Shown here: positions 61,147 to 64,000 of the stretch, piece after piece | How positions within the stretch are numbered: the stretch's first letter is position 1 | How the letters are laid out: every line of letters begins with the position of its first letter | From: Amoebophrya sp. A120 | Taxonomy: Eukaryota > Protista > Dinoflagellata | Length of the DNA: 64,000 nt | NCBI GenBank assembly: GCA_905178155.1 | Contig: CAJINV010000002.1 | Coordinates: 7,532,743-7,596,742, forward strand | Reading direction: 5' to 3' | Notes under the pieces: generated by a model | Database searches by the model: none | What the model was told of the DNA's origin: nothing | Seen by the model: only the letters and a program-made list of their open reading frames with translations | Translations under genes and position numbers: made by a program

Positions 61147-63644
61147 TCAGGAACCATTATCCACAAAATGATCTAGGTTTGTCGCTGTTATATGTTCGTA
61201 AGAGGTAAACCTACTGCGATTGAAATTAACCACGTGGTCCCCTATTCGGCTGCATAACCTGAGCAGCAGAAAGAAGGAAATGCCAAGGCCTGCGAGGAAC
61301 GCAAGCAATTTGGCGCCTACTTTTGCCGTTTTTGTGTCCACATCGTCGTCAATATGCTGGCGCTGGCCGTCGTGGCTGCTCTCCTGTGCGAGGTTTGAGG
61401 TTGCTCCTGATGATGTTGATGGTTCCCCGAGTATTGATTCTACGGATTCATCTTTGTCTTCAATGCCAGATGTGGTGGTCCCCATCGAAGAACTAGAAGC
61501 TCTTGCCACGTTTTCTTCGGAGTTTGCGGCTGCGGCGGAAACTAGACCACGTGAAGTCGTCGCGAGCGGGTAGCTTAACAGGGAAAACAGCCACCCAAAG
61601 ATTCCGGCGTCCTCCTCTTTCACTGCTGGTTCCTCGATGTGCAGGACCAAACTTCGGCTCCGCGTCTGGTACCCACCGGTTCCACACGTGGCAGAACAGC
61701 CGCCCCACGCGTCCCAGTCGTCCCAGACACAGGATTCGATCCTCTTCGGCACGATCTCATTCAGGTCCGGCTCGGGCGCCAGCGCGTTACTCCCGTCGAG
61801 GCCTGTAAAGGTGGATGAACGGTTTTTTCTTTTTAATGTGTGTAAAGAAGTTCTTGATATTGCTTCCCATGAGTTAGCAATTACCGAGAGAGGACAACAA
61901 GAAGTAGACGGATAAAACAAATTTCGCCAGGTAGCAATAGCAAATGGTGAACTTCATCATTCAAAAATACAAGTTTTGTTCGTCTGGCACATTTGCACGA
62001 GTTTCGTGTCCTTCAGGTCGCACGGCATCCCGCCCCGCCTGGCAACTTTCTCGATAACCCGATTCTTGTATTGCGTGCCTGTGTTATCCTGGGTCACAAC
62101 TCGCTCCACTACGGTAGAGATCACGATCAGATGATCCCTTCCCTTGCTCATAATCTTACAATACAGGCACTATGCACAACGATTTTTTTCTTCATTCTCA
62201 AAGCTGTGGAAACTCCTGAAGGTAATGCATGGAACCCTAGAAGTCTATTCGTGTGCCATTGGAAGTAATCCTCCTCCTGTCAAAAAGAGGCGGTCGCTCT
62301 TCTCGACGAGGTGGCTCGTCTTAAAAATGGAGGTCGTCGTGGAACAGTTATCAAATTCAAAGCGAATGAGTAAACAAGTCAGTGCTGTGCGGAAAACTAT
62401 TTGCTGGTGCAAGAGAGAGAGGGAAGCTCCCGTCGAGGTCGAGTGGTGTCCATCGATCTGATACACGCCACAGGTGACGGAGCAGTCCGTCCAGTTGGTC
62501 CAATTGGAAAATTTGCAGTCCTGGGGCCCGAGACACGGGTGGAAGTTGCAAGACTGTACTTCCTGCAAATGTCCGCTGCACTTCGTTTCCAGCTGCAGCT
62601 TCATTTCATTCACGAGCTTCTCCTCCTCGTCCAGCAGCGTTTGTTCGTGGATGACCTTGTGGGCGGACAGAAAGACCGAGATTTGGCCGAGCAGCTTATC
62701 GTTCACCCGCAGCGTGCGCTCGCGGGTCTGTGTGCCCTGCCCGCATGGCGCCGTGCAGTTGCTCCAGGGCCCGAACTTGCTGAAGTGGCACAGGTCGTTC
62801 TCGTGGACTGACGTGGAACCGGGCTCGGGCTTGGTGAGCTGCTTCAAGAACTTCTCCGCCTTGATTTTGATCTTCAAGTCGTCGTTTAGCTCCTCCTCGG
62901 TCAGGTCCGCGTTTCCCCCGGTGTGCGCCACGTCGTGCGGGCACTCCACCACCGCAGAGGAGAGCAGCGTGGCGGGGTGGTCCTGGCAGGGCCGGATCTG
63001 CGCGAGCTCGCCGACGCAGTTCTTCCCCTCGCCGGCCGGCTCCACCGCAATGTAGCGATCCCGCGCGTACACGCTGGATTTCTTCGTCACGTTCCGGAGG
63101 TGCGCGTCCTCCAGTTGCTGGGGCGGCAGATACGGCTTCCAGTCCGACCAGGGGGAAAAACCGCAGTCCTGCGCCTCGGAGCAAATATGGAAGGTTTGAA
63201 AAAACTTTGTTACTAGCGTATCAAGCTAGGGCTGGGGCTGCGAAATATGCAAGAACTTAGTAGAGAGGCGCGTCTGTCTCCATATTCGCCATATATTCAA
63301 CTGAGTTGTTATTTTCTTCACGTATGCCCAACGTACTATTAATTTGCGCATGCCTAGTCTTTGCTGTCGCTGGTCCATCTCCCATCAAAAACTATACTCT
63401 TCTTGTTTACGCTCTTCAAACAAACTTTTTTTCTTCCTTAACAGAAGACCCGGTTGCACTCGCGAAACTCCGTGGTCTCGCCCTCGACGGCCTTGCCGCA
63501 GTGGTTCGGCCACTTCTCGATCTCGCGATGCCGGGTTTGGTACCCCGCATCGCCGCACGTCGCGGAGCACTTGCCCCACGCGGTCCAGTGGCCCCAGGCA
63601 CCGTCCTCGCACGCACCAACGCAAGGATGCTGGTTGCACGCAGC
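61147..63644 (-). CDS. Thrombospondin type-1 (TSP1) repeat membrane protein, adhesin-like; 5' part beyond the window
   Basis: Repeats WGHWTAWGKCSATCGDAGYQTRHR, FGPWSNCTAPCGQGTQTRER, WTNWTDCSVTCG, WDDWDAWGGCSATCGTGGYQTRSR. C-terminal TM LLAFLAGLGISFFLLL and short tail. GT-AG intron 61803-61970, two decayed introners, acceptor at 63645. Confidence 0.88.
62085..62463. mobile_element. Decayed introner candidate (~379 bp) in the TSP1 gene
   Basis: Ends TATC...GATA. Residual IR CACAACTCGCTCCACTACGG vs rc CACCACTCGACCTCGACGG. TSD no longer recognisable. Confidence 0.45.
63186..63440. mobile_element. Decayed introner (255 bp) in the TSP1 gene
   Basis: Left TATGGAAGGTTTGAAAAAACTTTGTT; right rc TAAGGAAGAAAAAAAGTTTGTT. 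DR GCAAA/ACAGA (3/5). Removal gives ECNRVF|CSEAQDCGF. Confidence 0.7.
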
Positions 63645-64000
63645 CTACAAACAATTTTCAAAAAACAGCGATTGTTTTACGCTCGACCAGTTTGTTGATA
63701 TGGTTAAGAACGGGGTCACAAAATGTCCGACTAAGTCCTCGGGGGACCTGCGTCCCACCCAGCCGGGTGGGCCTTAGGTCCCCTGTGCCTGTCCCAATAA
63801 TTAAGTTATATATGACTCCGCCACAGCTCGCGTCCGCCCATATTGTTTTCTCGCCGTTCGCCTTGTCGGTGTAAATCTGTATTAGAGTCTTGCACTATTG
63901 TACTTGTGCCTCCATTTGTCGCTATTTATCCAAGAAAAGAGCTTATTGGTTATTTGATGGTTGGTGTAAATCTGTGACGCAGAAAATGCACAACTGTTTC

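Noticed and set aside
1-64000. tRNA, rRNA or snRNA genes
   Set aside because: None recognised by eye; a covariance-model scan would be needed to exclude them.

Overview
Eukaryotic, intron-containing genomic DNA. All recognisable genes lie on the minus strand, and their proteins are inflated by Ser/Thr/Ala/Gly/Gln-rich low-complexity inserts. The style fits a Syndiniales dinoflagellate parasite such as Amoebophrya (inference). Recognisable genes are an Aurora-like kinase, a Cid1/TUTase-type nucleotidyltransferase, an equilibrative nucleoside transporter, a CDP-alcohol phosphatidyltransferase, AFG2/SPATA5, TYW1 and a TSP1-repeat membrane adhesin, plus several unknown proteins. Two things stand out. 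(1) At least 11 coding interruptions are not GT-AG introns but MITE-like elements (introners): 9 well preserved and 2 decayed. They have TA...TA termini, terminal inverted repeats (TIRs) and 5-bp target-site duplications (TSDs). Removing element plus one TSD restores the reading frame each time. Two families occur in both orientations relative to transcription, unrelated families share a terminal TAYC-N6-AAAAA consensus, and a tandem duplicate preserves an empty site. Invasive IR/DR intronic elements are already reported for Amoebophrya, but these mechanistic details are directly readable here. (2) Sharply bounded GC-rich blocks occur between genes. One is a dead LINE reverse transcriptase whose motifs appear degraded mainly by A:T to G:C transitions, suggesting a repeat-targeted hypermutation opposite in direction to fungal RIP (hypothesis). 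Exon structures were reconstructed by hand, without RNA evidence.
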